Part shown: piece by piece, positions 9,721 through 22,628 of the stretch
Layout: every line of letters begins with the position of its first letter
How positions within the stretch are numbered: position 1 is the stretch's first letter
NCBI GenBank assembly: GCA_976226885.1
Contig: OZ320316.1
Span: 24,552,001 to 24,616,000 of the forward strand
DNA: 64,000 nt
Direction: 5' to 3'
From: Iphione sp. A-MEVVRFRX5
Lineage: Eukaryota
Program-made: the position numbers and the translations under genes
The notes under the pieces: generated by a model
Seen by the model: only the letters and a program-made list of their open reading frames with translations
Databases searched by the model: none
What the model was told of the DNA's origin: nothing

Positions 9721-12051
9721 GAAAAGTAAGACTTGTAACGTATACGTATTGTGAGGCATGCCATGTCATCAACATTAAAATCTTAAATATATTTTTGCAT
9801 ACCATCCCATCTCATCCAAAAAATCTATTGTTTGAAATATTGGTTTCTGGATGTACATACAGTTATGTATAAATTTCCAGCGAAAATAAAGATTTAAAAA
9901 AAAAAAAAGTTCCAGGGCTGATGATATTAGGTCTGTGGTCTAAACATATACACAACAGTTGTTGTTATTTACGTGTGAGATATAACAGCGTTGATACGTG
10001 TCTTTATAACGTATAAAGTTGGGATGCGGTCATCAGCTTTCTGCCCTACCCTGCAGTAATCCCTTGTTAATTGGCAACCCTCCAAGAATCTACATTTAAG
10101 ATGCACTCTGTGTTTTTCCATGGGGTAACAGTTTCTCTGCAATTTGATCTATCCACACGCAGGCCATCCAAGGCCTATCGTACAGAAGCTGCCCTATGCC
10201 AGGAGCCACTTAAGAGGATTTTATTCAAATAATTTATTGACAGAATATCATCTTAGTGGAATCGAAGGCCCCTTCTTTCAGGCCAGGCAGCAAGTCGGGC
10301 GGCACTGACAATCAGGGAACTGAAGCATAATTTTCTATCAATGTATTAATGCATAGCCATTCGATATTCCCTGGGGAGCCATATGTACTTTCATGGCAAA
10401 GCCACAATCTATATGACAACCAGGTCTGAATTCCTAACACAATAAGTGAACTTGAATTCATTCTTCCCTGAGGGCATACTTGTCTTTCAATGCGATTAGT
10501 TCCTTGGCTTTTTGTCCAGGATAAAGTTTGTACAGAGACGGCAGGACGTCTAGTAAATACAAAAAAAACACCAACATACACAGGAAAATGAAGACAGATT
10601 GAAGACGTGCAGTGGGTGTGAAAAGACAGAGTCACACCCGAGTGTGTTGGGGGCTTGGCTCACGTTCCCGCGGTCTGCGCTGTGGATGGCCGAGGGGGGA
10701 CACTCCCTCGAATAGTTGAAATTTAAACCGATAGGCGGCGTGGCCTGGAGAAACCGTTGGGAAATTGTGAATTTCCAGCCTCGAGCGACAAACAATCTCC
10801 CCGTCCACTGTTTTCTCTCTTTCAACTTTTATTCATGTTCTCTGGTTGTGTTGCTTTTTTCCTAGACAGTTACACCCTGAAGTAGAACAAGAGTTACTAT
10901 CATGTAGAGGTATACACGTGACTGTGTCCCATATGTACAGACCTTCCTGTCCTTCTTGTCTGTTTTTTACTCTGCCATCCTAAATATATTTTTCATGAGG
11001 TGGATAAATTCAGTTTTATTTTGGCCTAAAGCTGGTGTTATGTGCGACTCTATTTCTGTACTGCCTATCTATTTATCTATCTACCTATCTGTCTGTTTAT
11101 CTATCTGTCTGTCTATCAGTTAGATGGCAAACTTATTCAAAAAGAAATAATATTCTCCAATCAAATGGAAGTCATATGACCTTTCTCAACCAATCAGTGT
11201 AGAGCAGGTGGCCACATCAGTAACATTTGTCGCCATTTGATTTGCATGAAGAAACATTCTCAGTTATTGGTGATTGTACATTTAATTGACTTTATTTTCC
11301 ATTAGAAACCATCAAATCTTTTACCGATGAAGGCTGCCACTGGCGTATTTAATATCTCTGTGTGGAAAGGTAGAAATAGACATCAGCCTGTCAGATGAAT
11401 ATCGCCTGGAAGCAGCCATAACTTGTTCTCAGGATCAAGCAGGTGTTTATCCTTGTTAATCTGCTATTTGTGAGGTTTCCTCACAAGGACACCAATTTAG
11501 TGGTTTACAAAGTACCAAGTGTAAGTTATAACATGGTTTTAGTGCTGAACATCCAAAATCTTTCAAGATAAAATTTCCTTTCGCTTTATGAAAAGCTTCC
11601 GTTTCGTAAATACAAATATTTCAAAGTTAAACATTTCTCTGCCGGTGACCACTTTTGCATATAGGATGCATGATAATTATTAAAATGTCATTATACTTGG
11701 AATAACTGGTACTGATAGGCGCTACATTCATATAACTACTAATTATTCCATTAAGGAATAGACACGATAATGTTATATATTTGTGTTCCACTGCAGCATC
11801 CTGCATGTACTTTTTACTTGATGTGTCCCAGTTGGATGGCAAGATGGGAGAGTACTGCAAGAATCGCCATGTCAGTCATGCTGTCAGGAAAATAAGATTG
11901 CTGGTCACTGCTAAATAATTCCACTGCAGTAGGTCAAATATTGTCTAACATCCTTCATTGAGTGGTCTGGTACAACGACGCTGGAGACGGACGAGTCGGA
12001 GGATGGCTATAAGATATACAACAGGGGACCATTCACGTTGACCGAATGATC

Positions 12052-12340
12052 TCAAGGATCTGGCATAGTGGTGGATGGAAATGAGGATAAGGGAAGGGCT
12101 CTAGATACGTGATACCAAAAAGAACACATCATCTGTGGAGTCTCTATTGACTTCTTTGATAAAAAATTGTAATAGGTGCTGGTTTGACCCTGACGGAAAC
12201 AGTTATGGGGAAAGAATCCAAAGTTTATATTGATCATTTTTCTTGTGTTTCCACCAAAGCTGCTATTCAGGTGCATAGGTTGCAAGTTTCAGATCTTCCA
12301 AGATGAGAAGATGGGTGAGAAAGAGATCGATCTTCTCTTA
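12052..12340 (-). mobile_element. Heavily degraded LINE RT remnant
   Basis: Minus-strand NLQPMHLNS..NINFGFFPH..KKSIE..SFWYHVSRA resembles NYRPISLLS..QFGFRP..EKSLE..FIDYSKA. Confidence 0.45.
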
Positions 12341-14019
12341 TATGGAGATCCAAATACTCTTGATCACGCCAGTGGTGGTAACAGTAGTAGTGCTTTGTCT
12401 CAGTATAGCCCACCTCAGAAGTCAACGAGGAGAGCGAAAGCTGTTCTAAGCACAATGGTGGAGAGAATTACGTATAGGACAGAAACAGATATAAGTCAGA
12501 ATGTCAGTTTCTTCTGACTTTTAGGTTTACGTCACAAATATCTTGATTATCTGTTGAACGGGCATCATCATATAAACAAAGTAAGAAGTCTGTGTAAATA
12601 CTATAATTCAGCATGGGGACTGGGATTACTGGCTTTTCACATCAATGAACAGAAGACAGCTGTAAACATCAGGTAGAATAATGAAAATTATGTACACGGA
12701 GTAATGCTCCAGAGGCGTCAATTCACCAATTACTCGATATGGTTACGGTGGTCTGTTTCACTCAGAGATGTTAGCTGGTATCCATATAAGGTAAAAGGTG
12801 AGCTGGTCATGAGCACGTAGAGTTGCTCCGGAAAACATCGCTTGTATACATTATGGTAACTGTCACACTGAGGTGATGTGTGTCAAATCAGACTCAACAC
12901 GACTCTGTTACGTAACCGGCATAAGAGACGATTTTCCCGCTGTTTTTGTTGCACGCTATGCCCTTAACAAATTAATGCTTGCAGGTTTGAAGGGGGGGGG
13001 GTGTGATTTCTACTCGGGGTGGGGCTATAACAGAATAATGTCTCCAGAGGGCGAGGTGATACATTATGATATGCATATAAACCATCATTCTTACCCCAAA
13101 ACGTCACAGTATAACATTACCAATTGTCTATGAAACATACAATGAAATAATTATATTTTCTTCTTGCACATTTAATTTAAGAGTTAATTAAATTATTATT
13201 TTAGCTAATACCTTAAAGCATTATCGCCCTACCCTGAGAGTGCCTGGAGGCGTTATCCGCCCTTATAGGATTAAAGATGGAATGTGACCTGATTGCAGAC
13301 TAAAGGCAGGTCTATTCTCTTCACTGGTCTTGGCTAGCTGACTGAGACAGCCCACATTTGTATTATTTTTTGTCATCCATCAAATGCAGGGGATCGTTGG
13401 TGACAGCAGTATATAAGCGAACATGCAAGACTGTCAGCGAGAATCTCTCATTGAATTTGAAGGATTGTGATTCTGCTGGTCAATTCGATATGCTTTCTGA
13501 CTATATGTCTCAGTCTCTCTTGTAACAGAGAAGGGGACAAACGTACGGTTCAGTTCATGAGACAGGCCGTGCAGCCGTCTGAATAAGAAAGGCATTTCTT
13601 GGCTGAAATCATTGTGAATGACTTGATAAATACCTGGTACATCCTATAGGTGAAGAAACTATAGTTCTGTGGTATGAGGTGGCTTTGCTACGCGATGTTT
13701 ACCAGAGTACATGGGGACTTGGTTAAGTTTTATTTTTATAAACAAAGAACATAGCCCAGTTTGAATTCAAGGATTTGCAAAACGAGACAGTTCTCTCACA
13801 TGCGATGCAGATTATTTAATGTTACAAGAAGTAGCGTACGTACAGTTTTTTTTTTCATTTGCATTCAGAGAGAATTTTAATATCCGAAGATTTGGAATGA
13901 TGAAAATTACATAAAGGCTGGTAATTACCTGTGCGTTTTCCACATAAAATGCCTATCAAAATGTGTATGTTAATCCTGTACAGCGAGAAATTGAAACATA
14001 ATCAACCGGTAATTTTCAT

Positions 14020-14540
14020 TTCATTGTGGTCGGAAATCTTTGAAGATGGTTTCGAGTTGCAGTGATATTAAAGCGTAAGCAATGCCACAGGTTTCCTCCA
14101 CTCATTTTTACATAGTAAAATCATTCTGTCTTTTATCTAGGCAGGGATTTCAATTTCCTCCTCACCAATCAACTTCAGTTCTACAACTGGTCTTCGCCCA
14201 CATTAATTCGGGTTCTCCAAATGTTTATACTGTGTCCCTATTTGTCCCATTTCTATCTGCATCACGTTAGGAATCATAAATCAATTCTACTCATTAACTT
14301 TGTTAATGTCGAGAGTCGTTCTGAATGTCTGGTCGGTATAGCATACCTACCTTTCCTTTTTCATCAGAGTCGCATCCTTCCGATTGATTCGGAGTTAATT
14401 AATGGCCTTTCTTTTCGGATCCTTTGCAATTAGCAGCCGCATGCCTTTCAATTTCCTCAAAGACGATCGTGTCATTTTCAATCTCTGTGTTATACCCTCT
14501 AATGAACGCCCCCGAACTTAATTTCCCCTATTTCTTAATG
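14020..14540 (-). mobile_element. Degraded APE endonuclease remnant, probably the same old LINE as 12052-12340
   Basis: Stop-riddled minus frame with KDRMILLCKNEW...KISDHNEMKI (SDH motif at 14026-14034). Confidence 0.38.
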
Positions 14541-15491
14541 TATGTCATAAGTTTCCCCCCTTCAGGGGCCGCCATCTTTGAAATGGCCGAACACGTGATG
14601 GATTATGCCTGTGGTCTTGACAATTTTTACTTGAAGCCTCATTCGCCTCTGTGGTCACGTGGTCATTAAGCCTTGTCACACGTACAGGGAAAGCCTTTGG
14701 TTCGGGTTGGCCCGACATCAAACAATGCAGATCCTCCTGATATCTACGTCTAAGTGACACCATGGCAGATAACAATGATTGATCATGAGGCTACTGATAA
14801 CAGGGCATTGGGGTGATTTCTATATCGCACCCCTGTTGGACAAACTGCCCCTCTGACCACAGAACGTTTTGTAACGGAAAAAAAGAATCTAACCCTGACT
14901 GTATGTTATATAAATACACAGGTGCTTCTTTTCTTTAGGTCATTCTTATTCCACAGCAATCTCTAAGAAAACGAACTTGCTTTGAGTAGTTTTATTGGTC
15001 AAGCGTTTTTTTCCAACAATGCATTAGCTGTGGAAGGCATCAGAATATCACTCATTCTCATCTTGATCAAGTTTGCCTAATATAGGATTAGACCAAAAGT
15101 AGCAGCTTAACATAGGATTGGAAGGAAAACATTGAATGAATTAACCATATACAAAAATGGATCCACTTTCCAACTGGACCTGCATACGGTGAAAATTATA
15201 GAAAGATGTTAAGCTGTGGTTGCATTAGTTCCATCGGCAAACACGATACGTTCTCTAGGCGATATGGTAGAATGCTAAATGATCCATCATATCGATTCTA
15301 CTTGGTGTGACCAATCCAGAGGGTTCAATAAAGTACATCGATCACCTTGGTGCCTTTGTAGGATCCGGAGCTGTTCCATTCCATCAGTCTTTTCTGATCG
15401 AGCACAAACATTTTATTGATCCTTGAACCTGGTGTTGTTAAAATATCCAAAGTATATTTAGGGATGTCTTGTTATCTGGTGCCCATGCCCA

Positions 15492-15680
15492 CATTATTCC
15501 TAACACATCTTTCCCTCTTACCTCCCATTATTCCCAACACCTCAATATGCACTCTTAACTCGCATTATTCCTAACATTTTATTCACTCTTACCTACCATT
15601 ATTCCTAACATGTTATTCACTCTTACCTACCATTATTCCTAACATGTTATTCACTCTTGCCTCCCATTATTGCTAATATC
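15492..15680. repeat. Minisatellite, about 34-bp unit, about 5.5 copies
   Basis: Unit CATTATTCCTAACATGTTATTCACTCTTACCTAC repeated with variation. Confidence 0.85.
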
Positions 15681-16524
15681 TCATTACCTTCATATTTTAG
15701 TCTTATATATTAAATATGGAAAACGCGACCTCGATCATATTAGAATTGTGTAGTAATTTAAGTAAAGAGGGACTGTAGCAACATTTATGATTCTGGTGCT
15801 ATTTGATCTAGTAAAGTTTCACAAATATGCCTCAATAAATTTTTGTTCAAGCGATTTAGCTTCAGACTTTATCTTCCGTAATCTCACAGCCATTTGGTTA
15901 GTAAACATTTATTTATTTAGTACATCATACTGCAATGTCTGAGCTACATGCAAAATGTCACAGCGTTGTCCTCAAAACATTTTCTGCCAGAAAGTTGTTT
16001 TCATAATGTGCATATGCTGCTATATTTCTTGTCTGCAATATTGTTTTCTTTATCGTCTATGTTACACAGGATATTGTGCCTGCTGTCAGCGTGGGGACTT
16101 GATAAGCATCCGTGCATTTGCTTTCCTAAAGTTAGGTAATACAATGTCTCTCCTCTTAAAATGGCTGTTAATATTACTCAACTCACATTGTTCTTGTAAG
16201 AAAAATAAAGGTAAAGTGGCATCTTAAAAAATAAACATGAAGGTGGCATTCTTCTCTTCACAAATTCTTTTTAGAGCTTTCCCTGTCAAGTTGTCGGAAC
16301 AGCAAGATGAATAACAACTTATCGAGCTAAAAGCCAAACGTAGAATAATCAATTAACTGGCATTAAAAGCGGAACTCTTTAGAAAAGGTCGTTTTCCGGA
16401 CAAATAATACGTCAACTGCTAAGGTCCCTGCCACTGCGGGCGACCTTCGTGCGGTCAGACGCCACGAGGGGGCACTGCCGCTTTGTGCTAGGTGCTTCTG
16501 TGATGTATGAGCCGTCAGGTGGGC

Positions 16525-16527
<3 letters not shown>

Positions 16528-16586
<59 letters not shown>

Positions 16587-16602
16587 ACACACACACACAC
16601 AC
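16528..16602. repeat. Compound microsatellite (GA)n(CA)n
   Basis: Directly visible. Confidence 0.97.
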
Positions 16603-18871
16603 AATGAGAGCGTCAGTCTGTGTGTGGGGAGAGGGGACACACACACTGAGTACGCTAGTTTGTGTGTGTATTCCTTTGTGGGAGGGGGGGGGATAGGCAG
16701 GCGTGTAACTATACTGTCGTGTTCCTGGGCAGACGGGAACATTTCTCAACAAGGTTTTTGTTTTCATTTCTTCTTTTGTCTTGTTTTGTTCTCTTCCTTT
16801 CACTGTTTTACCTTGCTTTCAACAATGTTGTCATTCTTTTTTCTTTTTCCACCGTTTTGGTCCTCTTCGTTCTTCCTTTCTTTCGCTTTGTCTCCGAAGC
16901 TATCGGGACACCGCTAGCATGTACCCATCTGCCATCCGTGGGCGCTGCGGGACCTACCGCGGACGTTCGACCGGCAGTTTTAGAGCGTCCCCCCAGGGGG
17001 AGCATGCGTCGCCTGCTTCCAGGATAAATGTGTACAGGTCCCATTATCGCCGCCCACACCAGCTCGACAACACTCGTCGCCGCCAGCAGTCTCGTTCTGT
17101 TTTATTTTAGACTTGCAGGGTCCCCCTCCTCCTACCAGCGTCTCTTTTTAAAACAAAGTAGGGTAGACTCTCGTTGCCACCCGACTTGTTTCAACCAACA
17201 TTTTAAAAGCATATATTTAAGTTATACTTCGCTCAAGCCAACCTTTAACATCACGTGTTAGCCAGTGTTATTACCTATCACCTCCATCATCTGTCTCCTA
17301 ATGTCTTATTATTCTAGACAAAAACCTTAGTACCAAACGCTAGGAGCCCAAGCAGTTTGGTTAAAGAATACTCAGGTACCAGTTTTCTCCCAATTATATT
17401 TCTTAGCACTGAGAAAGGCTGGAAAACTTATGTCCTTCTATACAAATTACATAGAGATCCTCATGCCTATCGGTGTACAATTACATCATTCATAAATTCT
17501 GAAACTATATAGGGTTAACTGTTATTTGTATACAAAAGGAAAGCACGATAAACCTACTCTAGATCGACTGGGCATAAAACGGGGTATAAAACGTTTTCCC
17601 AAATATATTTTGGAAAGTGCACGTATTTCGTTGACTCAGAAAAAGGTAAGAAGCACAATGCAGGATAATTTTTCACATGCTAGTCTTGGTCGGAAAGTCT
17701 ATCACAGATGACCAATGCCGTTTTGATTCAGATGAGGTCGTGGCAACCTCACCAAAAGAGGCACATGATCACTCACAGCGTGGAAGAACACATGTTTCCT
17801 GAATGAGGATGGTGTTGTGTAGCGAAAAGGAAAATGTGAGGAGAAAAAGTGTCAGTTAGCTGAAAGATTAACATGAACTTAGAAACAGATTACTCCTAAA
17901 AGATAAATAGTTCTCAAACGTTTTCCCTTGGCAGATAACCTTTACCATCGACCTCGGGCTGTTGGTTTTACTACAATTAGAGGAGATCCTCTGTCGCCGC
18001 TTTCAAATCCGTCTTGAAAAGAGACGGGGAATAGCTATGGGTGCAGTTTAAAGGTTTGCGTGATAGGGCGAGAGGGTTCGGGTTGGAGGTAGATGCCAGG
18101 GAAGCAGTAGTTTGGGGTAGAGACTCCCTAGGTCTGACATTCAGCCCTGGACGTGCCGCCTCCCCACAAAAACCTACGCTTAGCACAACCCCCCATCCAC
18201 CCACCTACCCACCCACGATCGACCCCCTACCTACGGTCATGCTGCCATATTGGCTTCGTTTATGGTCGACGTCCATTGAAGGTGCAGTGAGCTTAAAGCA
18301 TTATAGGGTATAGGAAGAGTTAGGAAGAGGAGAAAGGTAGCAGTATAGGGAGCAGAAATGAGAGAGGAGCATGAAGAAAGACATGGTTGAAGAGAGAAGG
18401 GAGGAAGAGGATCAGGTAATAATTAGAGCAAAGAAGGGAAGGACGAGGTGGATTCCGAAGAGCAGTAGGAAAAGAATGGGCGAAACGATGTGGTAGTGAG
18501 AGGGAGGGTCTGTAAGACGTTATGAGAATGTGTCGTAAGGGGTCGTGTCAGTCTAGCCGGACCTGTGCGTGGCTCAACCCTATGATTCTTTAGATAAAAC
18601 CGCAGTCCAGAAAGCCAGAGATGGATGACCTGGACTCCTTCCGAACATTATTAATGTGTGATTTGGAAATTTGTTGCTGGTAGCATCGGACTAGACATAC
18701 GTTTTCTTACAGACATTTTCTGTGCCAGTGACTTAAGTCTCTAACGATAATGGAGTAACGCTTGTCTGGGCTCACTTAATACTGCTGACACACCAGACTG
18801 GGATAACTGGGAAAGTGCAAGACGTATACGGCTGCAATATGTGCATTATGTAAAAATATCTACATCAGCTT

Positions 18872-19057
18872 CAGTAGAGTGCAGAGGAAAGTCTCTAATT
18901 AGGACACCCTTGGTCCTTGCCCTAACTGTCCCTAATTGAGACACATCCCTATTAGAGACTTTGTTTAATATGTACCAACTAGAATGTTCTTCTCCAAAGT
19001 GTCCCTAATAGAGACCTGTCCTTATTGGAAACATGTCCCTAAGGTGGCTTTCTACTG
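18872..19057. mobile_element. Degenerate Tc1/pogo(Tigger)-like MITE
   Basis: Right end GGTGGCTTTCTACTG followed by TA; degenerate left end CAGTAGA..AAAGTCTCT; internal GTCCCTAAT(T/A)GAGAC repeats in both orientations. Confidence 0.5.
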
Positions 19058-20350
19058 TACTTGACTTATCATCTTAACAATAAGCATCATCATTGGTAGT
19101 TCATGTGATTAAAACTGTGCATGTAACTTGCCCCTCGTCGATTCTTGGTCTTTAACTGGGGCAGCGTAGCCAGGGCTCAGACCAATCGGCATGCACTAAT
19201 CACGTAACGTGAAGGTAACCTAAGGAGCCTGCTCTTAGGCATTTATGGCATAACATAATGGCCCTGTACTATGATTTTACGGTATTACTATGAAATCCGT
19301 TAATGGCAGCATAAGACTGTTGAGTTAAAAACAGGCTATATTTTCTTAATTATTCAATCTACAGTTTGCCATAAGGTAGCCTCGAATGTGATATGTATAA
19401 TTATATAAAATACACATATAAAATGGGTGGGACAGGAATGGGACATATATATAAGTATATAAAGTATCCTAATATAAATGATACTTGTAAGTGGAATAAA
19501 GGCAGCTTTGAACAGTGAAAGTTCATACTAGGGTTCCCTGGCTACAGCAGACGACCCACTCTATGGACACTTTTACTTTAGTCCCAAACAAAAACCGTAT
19601 AAATCATGTTTAATGGAGCCCGTGCACTACAGACACTCAGCAACAGCGTACATCCACCTATGGACGGCCTTTTTAGAGTCCCCAACACTGATTTTCCCGT
19701 GTCCACAGCGGACAGACCCTAGAGAAAGTGTGACATTCCATCTCTTTGAAGTGTAGGGTGATCTGGCAGAGGTGTGAGCTTGGTCGTCACCTGGACCATC
19801 ACATCATACCTCTACCAGTCCTCCTCCCCCGCAAGTATGCATAAAACCCCTCAAGCAGCCCACTGAAGTCAGTCATTCTCTTGCCATGGTGTCCCATTGT
19901 CTACCTGCTGCCTACCATAGTCTACCTGACGTCTAACCTCTGTCTTCTTCCATGCAATTTTTAATTCATTCACTTCATAGAGTGTGTGGTAGAAGGTGAG
20001 TTCGGCCAATATGGATATGGACACCACTGTCAACGGACGTTTTAAGTCAGTCGCATGGATGTTTGCTTTAATCAGTTTCCACTGTACCATAAAGGCACCT
20101 TAATTTGTTGGTTGTAATAAACATACAATACAAAACATATTTTCCATGGTACCAAACCACTATTTATGGTGAGTGTCTCAGGGTATAAATGGTATGCAGA
20201 TTCAAAAATCAAAGTACTGACGACATAAAAAAAAGTCTGACTATGCAAAACATGCCTCTTGTCCCCAAATCAGGCACCAATTGTTTGTTACACATTCAAT
20301 TTTGACCTCTACCATTCTTTACCCTTTTCAATCTTTTCCACTGAAAAGTA

Positions 20351-20527
20351 CAGTGGAACCCCTCTGCTAAGGACATCCTCTATAAAGGACACGAACACTA
20401 TGGACAAACTGGAAACAGAACCAAATTGATATAATCATGTTTAAATACTCCTGCTATAAAGGACGCCCCTCTTTAAGGACAGGTTTTGGTCAGTCCCTTC
20501 ACTGTTCGTAGTAGAGAGGTTCCACTG
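20351..20527. mobile_element. Tc1/mariner-pogo-type MITE, 177 bp, TA target-site duplication
   Basis: Left TIR CAGTGGAACCCCTCTGCTA vs right TIR (reverse complement) CAGTGGAACCTCTCTACTA (17/19); TA on both sides; internal AAGGAC subrepeats. Confidence 0.88.
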
Positions 20528-22215
20528 TATTGAGTGTCACCCAAACACTGTTGATAATGATGTCGAACGGTGTGGATATAAGGTCATAAAGATATTTGTA
20601 GAAACCTTCAAAAAGTCGGCCAATAAATACTTTGGTCGATGTATCAATTTTGGACAAGAGGTCAACTAACACAAAATCTAAAGAAAAGATGTAATAAGGC
20701 ACCTATTTGGGGAGAAGATTGAATTGAATCGTAGAAATGTTTATTCATCTTTGTCAGTAGTACAAAGTCATTCATAAGTGACGGTAACACGGTACAGTGA
20801 ATAATAATTAGTATGGCGGCCAGCTAACGATCGGCACAATACTGGCCTGCTATTCATAAACGGAAAGTTGATATGCGGAAATGGTTAGTACTTGTTTTAT
20901 TTCTTATGTAGCAAGACTGCTGGTTTTGAAAAACGCACGGTTTGTTTTCAAAGTTTTCAATAATATTCTGTGAGACACGATCCTAATTGGCATGCCACAT
21001 TTGTGAACTTCAGAAAATTGAAAACGAAAGAATACAGAAACGATATATTTAGTGGTATGGAAAGGACAGAGAGCCGAAGGGGATGACTAAGGTTTTCATT
21101 TTATATCAAAATTAGATGCAAAGTTGTTGAATGAGAATGATACAACAATGTGTATGCCTGTGAATAAGACGAATAAAAGACGGCCATAAAGGGAGAAATA
21201 GAGGTCGGATTCACTAAAAGTCAGGAAGATGTCGAAAGGGGGTGACCAAAGATGGATGCAAACAGAGAGACAGATGGGTAGCAAGACTGAAACGAAAAAC
21301 ACATCGAGGAGAAGGATTATTCCGCGAAGATCAGACGGACGAGAACGAGAGAAGATAGAGAGACAGACGAACAGACAAGGTGCTCAAGGTAGAGAAACAA
21401 AGCGAGAGGGGGATTACGGCATTACCCATGAATTAATAACATGTAGTGTTAAATTCCAATATAATATTGAGCATATGGAAGCAAAAATGCCATATCTATG
21501 TTCCACAAAGGGCATCGAGTTTGATTTGCAAAACAGTTCTCTCAGGTTTACGTAGCAGTGTATAAAGAAAAAACCTGCATAGTGTAAGAGAACTAAGAAT
21601 GTGGTACACTATCAGGTATAGTACCTTTACTAAATAATTAAGATGTGTATATTTATTAAATAAACAACTGAAATATTGAACAGAATTATTTCATTGAAAT
21701 AACATCAGGTTTTATCTGCAGCCAACAATAAATTCTCCCGTGTGGTGAGTAGCGGCTTGTAACCAAATGCCCCCCGTGTGTAGTGTAAGAGAGACTATAT
21801 ATGGCGAGAGAAACGAGGTGGCTTGGTTCGGGTCGGCTCCCAAGACTCCCGCTCTTTTTTGTGATCGCCTAAGTGGGGATGGAAAGTAACGGCCTGGATA
21901 TGGACCATATGTTCCTATATGACCTGCAATCTGCGCGCTCGACCAACTGCCTAAACCTCTCTTACGTGCTACCTCAGTTGAGATACTGGGCAAGCGGAGG
22001 ATGGGGGGGGGGGCTGGGGGGCTCGGGGGCTGGGGCAACCTTTATGAGGTGCTCATGGTAGAAGGATGAGTAGCTCTCTAAAAGGCGGTTTTGGTATCTC
22101 AGTGCAGCAGACTGTCCCTTCCCCCCCACCACCTCCTCACACTCCTCTGCATCCTGCGCCCTCCCCTTCATTGCATCTGCCACTCAAGCTTCCCGTTCAT
22201 CGCCCAACTACTTAC

Positions 22216-22628
22216 GTATCTACCGGACTCAAGGGCTACACCTGTCGGGCAGGGTGTCAATCATCCCTCCCTATCAAAGACCGTCGGTTACCCAGTTGAC
22301 TGGAGCTGCAACCCCGCTTCGACAATTTCAGTAAAAAGAATTTCAAACAAAAACCTTTCTTGGTCAAACGGGAGACAAGCATGATCAAACAGATCCATTC
22401 CGTTCAGAGAATATGGATCTTTTCGTGAATAGTAAGCATATCCCGACATGATTGTTTTGACAGTCAGATTCATTTCATCTGAAAGAAGAACGTTCCCACA
22501 GAAACAACAGTGCGGTCAAACAAAACGGGACCTCTAGGTGACATTTCCCTATACTACTTACGCTCACAGAAGTATGTTTTCTTGCGAACCCCGCTTATGA
22601 CTTGTGTTTTATTCACTCCTTTATTCAT
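22216..22628 (-). pseudogene. Intron-containing gene remnant, possibly a Crypton/DUF3504-like tyrosine-recombinase fragment
   Basis: Exons 22628-22562 and 22478-22216 joined by a phase-compatible 83-nt GTAAGT...TTCTTCTTTCAG intron, with a second GTAAGT donor at 22215. Peptide VRKK..TVKTIMSG..Y.RKDPY..N..D..F.Q..F..E..G; internal stops present. Confidence 0.3.

Larger units (their letters stand above)
3264..9908 (+). mobile_element. LINE element A (CR1/L2 group), three ORFs: ORF1-NADAR / SGNH esterase / APE-RT
   Basis: Three same-strand ORFs (3575-5653, 5773-6492, 6673-9469) with ORF1, SGNH, APE and RT motifs. The 5' end is placed at the motif shared with element B. The 3' end is uncertain: either AATAAA (9885-9890) plus A13 (9896-9908), or near ATTAAA at about 9775. 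No TSD found. Confidence 0.9.

Noticed and set aside
16363-16917. Long ORFs across (GA)n/(CA)n, (CCCT)n and (ACC)n tracts (also 25431-26376, 32052-32889)
   Set aside because: Artefacts of stop-free simple repeats.
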